64,000 nucleotides of DNA from an uncultured virus (IMG/VR IMGVR_UViG_3300046530_000052) (Duplodnaviria; Heunggongvirae; Uroviricota; Caudoviricetes). Below are positions 29,298 through 38,477 of this stretch, piece after piece. Both the position numbers and the translations under genes were made by a program. The stretch covers positions 62,001-126,000 of IMG/VR virus record IMGVR_UViG_3300046530_000052. The stretch is one strand, 5' to 3'. Position 1 is the first letter of the stretch, and every line of letters begins with the position of its first letter. The notes beneath the pieces were generated by a model. The model had not been told where the DNA came from, searched no databases, and was given only the letters and a program-made list of their open reading frames with translations.

Positions 29298-30149
29298 ATG
29301 GCAACTAAAAAACAAAGCATGAAAGCCAAAAAAGACACTCGCAAGAAGACGAAAGCGAAGGTTCGGGTTAAATCATCGCAGAGCAGTGTCTTCGGTCAAC
29401 GTAGCGCCGGTGGCTTCCACGACAAACGCGTCAGCATCTACGACCTGATCAACGACGTCAAAAGCGGCGCCACTCACATCAAGTCCAAACTGGCCAAAGG
29501 CGAGATTCCTGAAGTAGGGATCGACCGTCTGGACTTCCTGAAAGGTATTCAGGAAACCATGGGCCAAGTGATCAAGATGCACGGCGGTATCGCGGTGTAC
29601 ATGCTGCTGGCTGAGAACGAAAGCCGCTTCCAGATCACTCCTGAGAACGCCGAGCGTATCGAGGGCTACGAGCGTTCCGTTGTTCGCTTTGTAGAAAACG
29701 TTGATGCCGTGGTTCTGCTGGACCAAGCCAAGAAACTGCCAGAAGATTACATCGAACTGGTTATCGACATGGCCGACGTACTGCGTGACCTGATGGTTAT
29801 CCAGCACATTCCTACTTACGAGATGCTCAAGCGTAAGGAACAGGAAATCAACCGCTACATCACCGAACACCTGCCAACCGGTATGGACGTCTTCGAATAC
29901 ACCCGTGGTCTCCACGAAGAGCGTATCAAGCAGGTCGGTCCTCTGTACGTGACCACTGAAGGCGTCAGCGCCAAAGAGATCGCCGACATGGTCCTGATGA
30001 CTCAGGATCTCATGAACGAGAATGGTGAAGACGTTGTTGTCTCCGTTGACACCAGCAACATCAAGCCGGACGAGCATCCTGACGTCGAGCCGGTTAAAGA
30101 TATCCCGCAAGACCCTATTACCGAACAACGTATCAAGGACGCTCAATAA
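29298..30149 (+). CDS. hypothetical protein with Lys-rich N-terminus and acidic C-terminus
   Basis: 283 aa; starts MATKKQSMKAKKDTRKKTKAKVRVK; AAGGAAG RBS. Confidence 0.75.
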   Translation: MATKKQSMKAKKDTRKKTKAKVRVKSSQSSVFGQRSAGGFHDKRVSIYDLINDVKSGATHIKSKLAKGEIPEVGIDRLDFLKGIQETMGQVIKMHGGIAVYMLLAENESRFQITPENAERIEGYERSVVRFVENVDAVVLLDQAKKLPEDYIELVIDMADVLRDLMVIQHIPTYEMLKRKEQEINRYITEHLPTGMDVFEYTRGLHEERIKQVGPLYVTTEGVSAKEIADMVLMTQDLMNENGEDVVVSVDTSNIKPDEHPDVEPVKDIPQDPITEQRIKDAQ

Positions 30150-31864
30150 TGGCTGACGAAAACAAACCGACCGAACCCACGGAACAGTCCGCTCTGGCCA
30201 GCGCTGTAGCAAGCGCCATTCCTCCGGCACCCAAGGTCTTCAGTTACGGCGATACCCACACCCCCGAGAACACCCCACTGAAGGTTCCGGTAAACTCTCT
30301 GCCTGAATCGGTAGGTAAGCTGGAAGACAGCGACGTCACTCGTGGTCAGGGCTTCACCACGGTGTACATCGGTAACAGTAAGGAAGACTACACTGCTGTT
30401 CAGGAACTGGTTTCCATCTGGTTCTCGATCAGCAGCATCCGTAACGCTTCCAAAGGCAACCGTATCAACCAGAGCATGCTCAACGCTGCCATGGCTGAAT
30501 GGAAACAGTACTGTGATGACAACTTCCCGGGCGTTACTTACGACGAGATGGAAGCGCGTGCGGCGGATATGTACCGCTACCTCCAGAACACGTCGGACCC
30601 GATCATGGTCAAGACCCGCATGATGCTGGAAGATGTTTCCAACGTCTACAAGGCCTCTGACACGATCGTGGTGGGTGACATCACCGGCATGATCCCGAGT
30701 GCTACGGCTAAGCCCAACAGTCTGTCTGAAGAGATGGAGCGTGGCGCTTCCCGCGGTAACTCCAGTCCGTACCTGTACTCGGTAGGTCTGCGTAACAGCT
30801 TCTGTAAGTTCCAGTTCTCCCGTGGTCACAAGACCGATGCGGCGATCATGATCAACGAGATCAACGCGACCATTCGTGGTTACGTTCGTACCGTCGGCGG
30901 TAACTCTCTGGTGTTGTCGACCATTGCCGGTTACCGTGCTGTCTGGAACTGGCTGGTTCCTTATATCACCAGCTCCAGTGTTGACGGCGTTGCTGACTTC
31001 AACGATCTGGCTCGGGTTATCCGTTTCCGTGACATGGAAGTTATCCTGGCTGCGCTGCTGGCGTCCTTCGAAGACGATGAAGCCAACATGGACCTGCGTT
31101 GCTTCAACATGGGCTGTGACTGGAGCTCGTACGAGAAGATCAACCCTGCGCTGCTGGTTCGCGCTCGTCCGGTAGCTCATACCGAACAAGAGCTGGCTGT
31201 TCTGGGTAACATCTTCAACGGTACTGCTCGCTACAACATCCGTCAGGTTCTGGACTTGATCGACAATGCCACCTACGGCATCGAAGATAACTACCTGTAC
31301 AACGAGAAGCAGACCATTCGTCTGACCATGGGTTCGACTTCGTTGGCTGAGGCCTTCGCTGCGCTGGACTACATGGTTACTCAGGTGGATCCGCAGATCG
31401 CCAGTGCACGTAGCACCCTGACCGACCAGGCTGCTCTGGAAGCTCAGATCGGTATCATCCTGAGCGGTGTTGGTGGTTGCGAGTTCCTGCATTGGGTTAA
31501 AGAGTTCGCTCTGCTGCCTGAACCGGGTACCGAAGGCGAGCCGAAGATCTTCAAGCGTCGTGACTCTGACCAGCTCGAGTTCAACAAAGGCCTGCGTGGC
31601 GTGTTGAAGGTAGACCCTTACCTCGACAACCAAGTTACCCGGTTCGCGTACACCGTTGGTCCGTACATGACCAAGACCTTTATCGGTCTGCGTAACTGCA
31701 AGTGCCCGAAATGTGGCAAGGGTGCTGAAGAAGTGAACGGTCAAGCTCGCAACTTGGGCTACACCCCGATCGATGTGTTCATGACTTTTTTTACCCATAC
31801 CCAGTTCATGTTGGTGCGTCAAGCGGAAGCGAAACAGCGAGTCGAGCTCGCAGCCCGCTCTTAA
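30149..31864 (+). CDS. putative tail/baseplate-hub assembly chaperone (T4 gp26-like C-terminus), zero-frame product
   Basis: 571 aa; C-x4-C and CKCPKCG motifs; ...DVFMTFF ends over a T7 slippery site. Confidence 0.6.
   Translation: MADENKPTEPTEQSALASAVASAIPPAPKVFSYGDTHTPENTPLKVPVNSLPESVGKLEDSDVTRGQGFTTVYIGNSKEDYTAVQELVSIWFSISSIRNASKGNRINQSMLNAAMAEWKQYCDDNFPGVTYDEMEARAADMYRYLQNTSDPIMVKTRMMLEDVSNVYKASDTIVVGDITGMIPSATAKPNSLSEEMERGASRGNSSPYLYSVGLRNSFCKFQFSRGHKTDAAIMINEINATIRGYVRTVGGNSLVLSTIAGYRAVWNWLVPYITSSSVDGVADFNDLARVIRFRDMEVILAALLASFEDDEANMDLRCFNMGCDWSSYEKINPALLVRARPVAHTEQELAVLGNIFNGTARYNIRQVLDLIDNATYGIEDNYLYNEKQTIRLTMGSTSLAEAFAALDYMVTQVDPQIASARSTLTDQAALEAQIGIILSGVGGCEFLHWVKEFALLPEPGTEGEPKIFKRRDSDQLEFNKGLRGVLKVDPYLDNQVTRFAYTVGPYMTKTFIGLRNCKCPKCGKGAEEVNGQARNLGYTPIDVFMTFFTHTQFMLVRQAEAKQRVELAARS
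31786..31792 (+). other. putative -1 programmed frameshift site T-TTT-TTT
   Basis: X-XXY-YYZ heptamer correctly phased (ACT TTT TTT); the -1 frame is open from 31729 to 32361. Confidence 0.75.
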
Positions 31865-32361
31865 TCACGGGGGAGGCTTTCCATAACGATCAGTACAGGC
31901 AAGCGTTCGCTAACTTAGCGGACATCGATCAGTCTATCTTCACGACTGAACAGCTTGCCTTGAACAAAGATCTGTTATACGACATGAATATGGGTTATAT
32001 CGACGTCAAGCGAATTCGACCCGGTCATGGTGCTCTCTATTACGAGGCCGAGAATGAGTACAATCATCCTTGGTCAATGGAATACGTGATGGAACAGTAT
32101 CATTTCCATAAGCTGCACGAGTTCATGACGTTGACGGAATACCTGAACACACCTGCCTTTATGGTTAAGCGAATCCTTAAAGGCAGTGCTAAAGGCAAAG
32201 CTGATCGCGCTAAATGGGATGAGGAGAAAAGGAAGGAAGCTGAGCGGCTCAAGAAGGGTCAGTTCAAGGACACTTCCAATCCCAACATGCCTATTGAAGA
32301 TGAGCAACTTGCTGAAGCATGGAAACTTGCCAATACAGAAATGGGAGGCAAGAACCAATAA
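31792..32361 (+). CDS. frameshift extension (GT/gp51-like part of the chaperone); called by the ORF track as TTG ORF 31960..32361
   Basis: No ATG/GTG/TTG in frame for 77 codons before 31960; contains FHKLHEFMTLTEYLNTP, similar to tail-chaperone extension motifs. Confidence 0.65.
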   Translation, partial: YPYPVHVGASSGSETASRARSPLLITGEAFHNDQYRQAFANLADIDQSIFTTEQLALNKDLLYDMNMGYIDVKRIRPGHGALYYEAENEYNHPWSMEYVMEQYHFHKLHEFMTLTEYLNTPAFMVKRILKGSAKGKADRAKWDEEKRKEAERLKKGQFKDTSNPNMPIEDEQLAEAWKLANTEMGGKNQ

Positions 32362-32369
32362 GCTTATAT

Positions 32370-32403
32370 CTCAGGCCTCCCTTTGGGGAGGTCTGGGTAT
32401 TTT
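32370..32403 (+). terminator. rho-independent terminator
   Basis: CTCAGGCCTCCC-TTTG-GGGAGGTCTGGG followed by TATTTT. Confidence 0.7.
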
Positions 32404-32456
32404 ATGGTGTACACCCATGTAGCACTTTATTTTCTATTCAGGAAGGGGCCCCTTTC

Positions 32457-33068
32457 ATGAGCAAACGCGAAGATTACGTTGCACCGGTAGTTGAGAAACT
32501 ATCCGGCGAGCAACTGCCTGCTGTGGAGGTTGTTGAAACCGCCCCAGTAGTTAAAGCGGAGACTGCACGTCTTCCGGGTATTGTTATCCCCACACAGATC
32601 GGTGTTGGTAAGCTGCTGAACGCCAAGGCGACCGCAGTGACCGACATCCTGATCAGCCGTGTTGAAAAGCACCTCGGTCACACCATCGGCGAAGTTGGCT
32701 TTGTCGATAAAGAAGATCGGGCTAACGAGCAGGGCGGTTTCATCAATACCGTTCTGGGTAGCTTGGAGCTGGACTTCGACAAGTATGTGGTCTTCACTGA
32801 CTACCTGCTGACCCAGCTGCGTGAAAACGCTGCCTCGATCAACACGGGTAAACTGCTTCGTCATATGGCCGGCTTGCCCGAGTCGTACGACAAAGACAAG
32901 GTTCGCAAGTACACCACGTACATGTCGTTCCTGACCCGCATTGCGTTGAACTGGAACATCCGCTACAAACTGAACACCCTGATCGACGTTAACTTGTTCG
33001 TCTCGGGTTTCAGCGAGAAAGGCTCGGAAAACATCACCACTTATTTCAACCAGCTTCAGAACGTTTAA
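32457..33068 (+). CDS. hypothetical, probable virion protein
   Basis: ATG 32457 with GGAAGGGG RBS; first gene of a head-protein cluster. Confidence 0.7.
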   Translation: MSKREDYVAPVVEKLSGEQLPAVEVVETAPVVKAETARLPGIVIPTQIGVGKLLNAKATAVTDILISRVEKHLGHTIGEVGFVDKEDRANEQGGFINTVLGSLELDFDKYVVFTDYLLTQLRENAASINTGKLLRHMAGLPESYDKDKVRKYTTYMSFLTRIALNWNIRYKLNTLIDVNLFVSGFSEKGSENITTYFNQLQNV

Positions 33069-33078
33069 GGATTCCATC

Positions 33079-34089
33079 ATGAGTCAGGAAAACGCAATGC
33101 AAGACGATATCGTTATCGACGAGAACGAAGAGTTCGTCGCACCTGAATCCAGCCACATCGAGCTGGTCTTCCAAGCCCTCGGTGACACTGTCAATGCCGT
33201 TGCTGGTACCGAAGGTCTGACCACCGCTCAACTGTACTTCCACGGCGTTCTGAACGCGTCTGGCCAGCTGAGCTACACCGACTCGGTCTCCGGTGCTGAA
33301 GGCTTCTTCGCCAACGTGAAAGAAGGTGCTTCCAAAGCCATCGCTTACATCAAGAAGATGGTCAAGGAAATCTGGGGCTTCTTCTTCAAGAAGCAAGGTC
33401 CGGAAGAAGCCAAGGCTGTTAAGGAAGCTGTTGCTGGTACCGCTGCCGACCTCGCCAACGTCGAGAAAGTCAAATCCGGCCTGAAGAGCGCCGCTGGTTC
33501 CGACTCGAAAGAGCTGGTTGAACACATCAGTAAGGCGAGCACCATCGCTGAACTGAACACCGTGTCGAAAGACGTGGCGAAGAAGAACACCAAGGCTCAG
33601 CAAGGTCTGGTCGTCAAGATCAACCAACTGGTTGAATCGCTGGAAGCCGAAGTCAAGCTGGCTGAAGAAGTCGAAACCGAAGCCAAGAAGTCCGGCGAAG
33701 CAGGTTACACCGCTTGGGCATCGGGCGTGAAAGGCGGCGTGTCGGGTACTCAGTCCCTGATCACCACCCTGAAAGGTATTCGCGATCTGGCTGACCTGAA
33801 GGCTGCTGAAGACACCCTCGGTGCACTGAAGTCTCACGTCGAGATCATCAGCCGCGCTCTGGAAGCCTCCGGCGGTACCGAATCCCGCGTTCAGGGCATG
33901 ATCGACACCCTGTCCACTCTGGATGGCAACAACTCCGCCAGCGACGAACAGAAGAAGCAAGGCGACGACAACCTGAAAGCTCTACAGCTTTTCGTTAAGT
34001 CGGCTGCTCGCTACTCCGCTCTCCTGAAGCGTACCCTTTCCCATATGAAATCTGTCAACACTGCCACCGGCAAAGTGTTCGGCGTTTAA
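33079..34089 (+). CDS. internal head protein, paralog family, G-x-E processed
   Basis: Acidic N-terminus, AGTE and GAE sites, then GFFANVKEGASKAIAYIKKMVKEIWGFFFKK; clear paralog of the next gene. Confidence 0.75.
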   Translation: MSQENAMQDDIVIDENEEFVAPESSHIELVFQALGDTVNAVAGTEGLTTAQLYFHGVLNASGQLSYTDSVSGAEGFFANVKEGASKAIAYIKKMVKEIWGFFFKKQGPEEAKAVKEAVAGTAADLANVEKVKSGLKSAAGSDSKELVEHISKASTIAELNTVSKDVAKKNTKAQQGLVVKINQLVESLEAEVKLAEEVETEAKKSGEAGYTAWASGVKGGVSGTQSLITTLKGIRDLADLKAAEDTLGALKSHVEIISRALEASGGTESRVQGMIDTLSTLDGNNSASDEQKKQGDDNLKALQLFVKSAARYSALLKRTLSHMKSVNTATGKVFGV

Positions 34090-34099
34090 GGAGTCCTCG

Positions 34100-35143
34100 A
34101 TGGACGAAGTAATGAGCGAAGACGAACTGAGCATGGAAGTGGCTATCCCTGCTCCGGAACACATCGAAACCATCCTCGACGGCGTCAGCGACTCCCTCGA
34201 CCAGGTGGCGGGTACCGAAAGCTTGACCAACGCACAGGTTTACCTGGGTTCGGTTCTGGCTGCCAACGGTTACATCCGCAAGAACCAGGTTGGTCAGGAA
34301 GGCTTCTTGGCGAAAGCCGGTGAAGGTTTCAAAGCCGCTGTTGCCTACGTCAAGAAGATGTTCACCAACCTCTGGGACTTCTTCTTCAAGCGTGACGCAC
34401 CGAAGCTGGTAGCTGAGGCCAAGGAAGAGGTCAAGGCTGCTGAAGACGCCCTCAAGGTCATCGAGTCCGGCGGTAGCAACGAGAAAGAAACCACTGAAGC
34501 GCTGACCAACATGCGCAAAGTGATTCTGGCTCTGAGCCACGAACCTGACACCAACAAGTCTGCTCTGGATCAGATCCTGAAAGAAGCGGACGAAGCGATG
34601 AAGGGCGATCAAGCCAAGAAGAAAGCTGCCGTTCTCATGATCGGTCGTGAACTTCCGAAGCTGAACAAGCGCTCGACTACCGCCATGAAGAAACGTGTCG
34701 ACGACATGGTTCGTGTCCTGGTTGCGACCGAGAAGGCTGTCGACGCTGTTATCGACAAAGGCGAAGGTGTCAACGCTGCTTCGATCGAAAGGGTCTACGG
34801 CGCCAAGCTGAAGTCTGAGAAAGGTGAAATCGCTGGTGTCCTTGCCAAGTTCCAAAAGGCCAGTAGCGAAACCACTCCGGCTAACCTGAAGGACTGCTAC
34901 ACGTACACCTCGCAATCCATTGAAGCGGCAAGCCGTGCGCACACATCGCTGAAAGAGGGCGAGACCTCCATCAAGGCTGAAATCGCCAAGCTGGAAGCCG
35001 GTGAGGAGTCTACTCTCAAGAGTAGTGTTCAAGACCTCAAACGTCTGCTGAGTTCGGTTACCTCTTTGGCCCAAGTGACCAAAGAACTGCTGGGCTCCAG
35101 CCGTCAGTTGCTGAAAACCGGTAACAAGGCTTTCGGCTACTAA
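34100..35143 (+). CDS. internal head protein, tandem paralog of 33079..34089
   Basis: HIE...VAGTE.LT.AQ.Y...VL.A.G shared with the previous gene; both end in similar FG[VY] tails. Confidence 0.75.
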   Translation: MDEVMSEDELSMEVAIPAPEHIETILDGVSDSLDQVAGTESLTNAQVYLGSVLAANGYIRKNQVGQEGFLAKAGEGFKAAVAYVKKMFTNLWDFFFKRDAPKLVAEAKEEVKAAEDALKVIESGGSNEKETTEALTNMRKVILALSHEPDTNKSALDQILKEADEAMKGDQAKKKAAVLMIGRELPKLNKRSTTAMKKRVDDMVRVLVATEKAVDAVIDKGEGVNAASIERVYGAKLKSEKGEIAGVLAKFQKASSETTPANLKDCYTYTSQSIEAASRAHTSLKEGETSIKAEIAKLEAGEESTLKSSVQDLKRLLSSVTSLAQVTKELLGSSRQLLKTGNKAFGY

Positions 35144-35155
35144 GTTGCAACCTGT

Positions 35156-35190
35156 ACCCCTACCCCGAGCCTTTCGGCCGGGGTAGGGGT
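35156..35190. terminator. hairpin between convergent genes
   Basis: ACCCCTACCCCG(A)GCC-TTTC-GGCCGGGGTAGGGGT. Confidence 0.7.
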
Positions 35191-35199
35191 TATGGCTGC

Positions 35200-37020
35200 T
35201 TATGCTGCTTCGTTGAAGAACTCTTGGTTGGTGAACTTCTTGCGAGGTTTCTTACCGGCTTTGATATCTACCAGCAATTCTTCCTTGCCTTGTTCTTTCA
35301 TGATGCGTTCAAACACTTCTTGAATCTTGTCAGCTTCTGGGAACCCGAACAACGAGTTACACAGACCAATAGCGTTAGCCTCAGCACTACTTGCAAAGTT
35401 AACACCGATCTCACGGAACTTGTTAGCATCCGCCCCTTGAATAACCACAGTCTCAACTTGAGTCGTACGGTTACTCACGTTACCTGCCAAACCACCGTGA
35501 GGATAAGCGCCCTCAACGTCGATGTCATCGTTCATCCGACGACCCTGACTGATAACGTCCAGAAGCCCCTCAAAGATCGCATAACCAACGCTAGCGTTCT
35601 TCTCAGTGTCGAGGAGGGCAATCCAGTTCTTAAGCGTAGGAAGCTGTTCTGTGAAGCTTGTGTCACGTTTGCTCGGAGTACTGCCCCACACAAAGCCATT
35701 ATCCCGAGCTACGAAGCTAATCGTGTCAGAAATAACCTTAGGCTGAGATGAGTAGTTAAAGAACTCAGAGTACTTGAGCAACATCCCCAACGACAGTGTC
35801 AAGTCATTTGTCTTATCGTTGATGTATTCAATAACCCAGTTGTCGCAGATGCAATAACTGGAGTACAGATACGGATACTTCTTCTGCATGTAACGGTGCC
35901 ACTGAGGAGAGCCCGGCAACAAGTGAGCGCCTTCTTCGGTGTACAGCTTACCACTCACCCCTACAGCTTTGGCACAACCTTCCAGTGACGTATCAGGCTG
36001 CTTGCCATCCACAGGCTGACGTTTGATACAGAAGAAGGACATGTAGTCGACCCACTTCCACTTCGCCATGCAGCGAACCGTTGGCCACTTCTCTTGAGGG
36101 TCCAGCGGGCTACTGCTACCGTCTTCCTTAATCTTGTGAGTCCGACCCAAGTCCAGTTTGTAGAAACGGAACTCCTGAGGAATAGATGGATCGCAGTAAG
36201 CATCATCGAGGTTATAACCCTCGTTAGCCAACGCACGTTCCATTGCCTTCATGTCGTATTCAGCGTTCCAGCTAGTGATCCAGTCAGGACCCCACTCGTG
36301 GAACTTGTCCAGCATCGCTTTAGCTACTTGACCCGGAGTGTCAAAGAGCTCATAAACGATTTCAGCAACCTTACGTTCGATCTTGTGTTTCGCTAAATAC
36401 TTGTCTTCGGATTCTCGTAACCGTGCAATGATTTCTTCATCACTAGGCTGTCGTCCATCCGCTTCCTTGTAGAACCCACGAACCCCTGCGAAGTACACCC
36501 GATGCTTCATGGTCAAAGCGGCCATGATCATAGGGCGGGTTGCGTCATCCTCCCACTCCATGTCCGCTTCAACGTCGAACGATGCTACAGAGTAAGGTTC
36601 CTTCTCTTGGTATTCCCCGTACTTCTTAAAGAACGCATATTTAACGTGAACAGGTGGGGTCTGGTCCAAACCAAATACAAACTGGTTGTTCGACACATCA
36701 CGAATGTTTGCTTTGTAATCCAAAGCCCCGTAGATCTGTTTCTTAACCATCGATGCGATCTGGCAACGAGGAAGTCTGTACTCCCGAACCGCACTCTGTT
36801 CGATGTAATCTTTATGTTGCTCGAACTTCCGGCGCTCTGGTTTTACGATCCACACCGGCTGCTTGTAATTCTTGATTGCAATGAAAGAATCGCTACGAGT
36901 CTGATCTTCGTGAATGTTGGTAATCTTGACACAGGTCAGGTCGTCTCTAGACGCCTTACTTACTGAGTAAGTGGCGTTTTTACAAACCTTGGCGATGATT
37001 GGTGAAGTGTTCTCGGTCAT
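35200..37020 (-). CDS. family B DNA polymerase N-terminal half: 3'-5' exonuclease plus motif A (phiKZ gp82-like)
   Basis: ExoI SFDVEAD, ExoII SWNAEYD, ExoIII YCICD, motif A DIDVEGAYP. Confidence 0.85.
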   Translation of the reverse strand: MTENTSPIIAKVCKNATYSVSKASRDDLTCVKITNIHEDQTRSDSFIAIKNYKQPVWIVKPERRKFEQHKDYIEQSAVREYRLPRCQIASMVKKQIYGALDYKANIRDVSNNQFVFGLDQTPPVHVKYAFFKKYGEYQEKEPYSVASFDVEADMEWEDDATRPMIMAALTMKHRVYFAGVRGFYKEADGRQPSDEEIIARLRESEDKYLAKHKIERKVAEIVYELFDTPGQVAKAMLDKFHEWGPDWITSWNAEYDMKAMERALANEGYNLDDAYCDPSIPQEFRFYKLDLGRTHKIKEDGSSSPLDPQEKWPTVRCMAKWKWVDYMSFFCIKRQPVDGKQPDTSLEGCAKAVGVSGKLYTEEGAHLLPGSPQWHRYMQKKYPYLYSSYCICDNWVIEYINDKTNDLTLSLGMLLKYSEFFNYSSQPKVISDTISFVARDNGFVWGSTPSKRDTSFTEQLPTLKNWIALLDTEKNASVGYAIFEGLLDVISQGRRMNDDIDVEGAYPHGGLAGNVSNRTTQVETVVIQGADANKFREIGVNFASSAEANAIGLCNSLFGFPEADKIQEVFERIMKEQGKEELLVDIKAGKKPRKKFTNQEFFNEAA

Positions 37021-37100
37021 TTCCTAGTTCCGCATTTTATGCCTACTTGGACGCTATAATGATAGCCATCTGAGTCACTTTTTACTCTGGAGCATCTTTC

Positions 37101-38474
37101 ATGATCGACATGGATTTTCTTGTTCGCAAAGAACAAGTGGCTGGTCTGGAGTTTATGAACTTCCAGAACGATTCGTTTTACGTAACATTGGTAAGCATCC
37201 TTAAAGAGCACCTCAGCTACGCAACCAAGGTCCCGGTGCTCCAGAAGACTGTACAGGAACCCCTGCTTAAAGTTCTGAAAGACTATACTGGTTTCGAGAA
37301 CATCAACGTCAAGTTCATGGAGGATAACAACCTCTACATGGACACCGGTTACTTCTCCCCTGGTCACGTTATCAACATCAAAGGTGTTGAGTACTGGCTG
37401 GACAGCACCGATACCACTATCTACCGCTGGTTCACCCAGAACAAGGACAAGATCTTTAAAGGGTCTGTGGACTACAAGACGGGGAAGGTAGCAGGTTCGT
37501 TCTGCACCATTCCTCTGGAGCTGGGGATCAACGTTAACGTCAGTGAATACTTCGGGGTTAAAGAAACCGAGAAGTGGAAAGTAACCACTGAAGATTTGTT
37601 GGCTGGTGGTATTGTACATGAAATGGGTCATGCGTTCAGCGGGTGCATGATGATGGCAACAGCGTTCAGTGACAACATCGTTGCTCAAGCCTCCATTGCT
37701 GCGTACCGTAACTGCAAGCGTGACGAGGACCGTGTGGTAGTGCTGAAAGATTCGGCTACACTGCTGGGTCTCAAGACACCTAAAGCTGATGAGCTGATCG
37801 AGTTCGCTAAACAGGCTAACGACGAATCCTTCTTGATGTACTACACCAAGATGACCGCTCAGCGTAACAACCAGCGTGCCCTCTCGGTAGGTGTAGCTGA
37901 GATGACCTCAGAGGTCGCTGCTGACATGTACGCCATCCGTATGGGTTGCAGCAAGGGTATCGTGGCGGCTGTCGGTGTTCTCACTTCCCGTGGTGTTATC
38001 GCGTCGTTCATGAGCAACTTACTCATGAGTACCATGGCAGGGATCTGGTTAGCTTATGCTGCTGCATTGCCACCACTTCTGTTGGGCGGGGTTGTAAGCG
38101 CACCTGTTCTGATTGGTGCAATGGCCATTGGCTTCACGCTCAGTTTCACGTTGAACTACTTTGCTCCTTCTTATTCTGGTGTGTACAACTCGGATGCTCG
38201 TCGTCTGGAAGACGCTGTCCGTCAGTTGATCGCCAAGCTGAAGGAATGCAAGGGCATGCCAGCTCCTGAAAAGAGCAAGCTGTCCGCTGAGATTGGTCAA
38301 CTGCTGAAGGTTCTTGAACAGAACCGTACTTGGTTCGACAACACTGTTATTTACCGTGCTATGGGCTGGGTGTTCTCAGGGAGTGACTTTAAGCTCCGTG
38401 AAATCGAACACTACACTCAAGCGCTCAACAACAATGAAATGACTGTTCTGGCTGAACGTCTGAAAGGAGTTTGA
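37101..38474 (+). CDS. putative virion zinc-metallopeptidase-like protein with hydrophobic (transmembrane) segments
   Basis: VHEMGH (HExxH), EVAADMYA (ExxAD), long hydrophobic stretch at about aa 290-355, AGLE near the N-terminus. Confidence 0.65.
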   Translation: MIDMDFLVRKEQVAGLEFMNFQNDSFYVTLVSILKEHLSYATKVPVLQKTVQEPLLKVLKDYTGFENINVKFMEDNNLYMDTGYFSPGHVINIKGVEYWLDSTDTTIYRWFTQNKDKIFKGSVDYKTGKVAGSFCTIPLELGINVNVSEYFGVKETEKWKVTTEDLLAGGIVHEMGHAFSGCMMMATAFSDNIVAQASIAAYRNCKRDEDRVVVLKDSATLLGLKTPKADELIEFAKQANDESFLMYYTKMTAQRNNQRALSVGVAEMTSEVAADMYAIRMGCSKGIVAAVGVLTSRGVIASFMSNLLMSTMAGIWLAYAAALPPLLLGGVVSAPVLIGAMAIGFTLSFTLNYFAPSYSGVYNSDARRLEDAVRQLIAKLKECKGMPAPEKSKLSAEIGQLLKVLEQNRTWFDNTVIYRAMGWVFSGSDFKLREIEHYTQALNNNEMTVLAERLKGV

Positions 38475-38477
38475 CCC

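Noticed and set aside
30143..31822. 559-aa antisense ORF; likewise 50089..51516, 47716..49071, 19722..20972, 41187..42410 and others
   Set aside because: Same codon-bias artefact opposite well-supported genes
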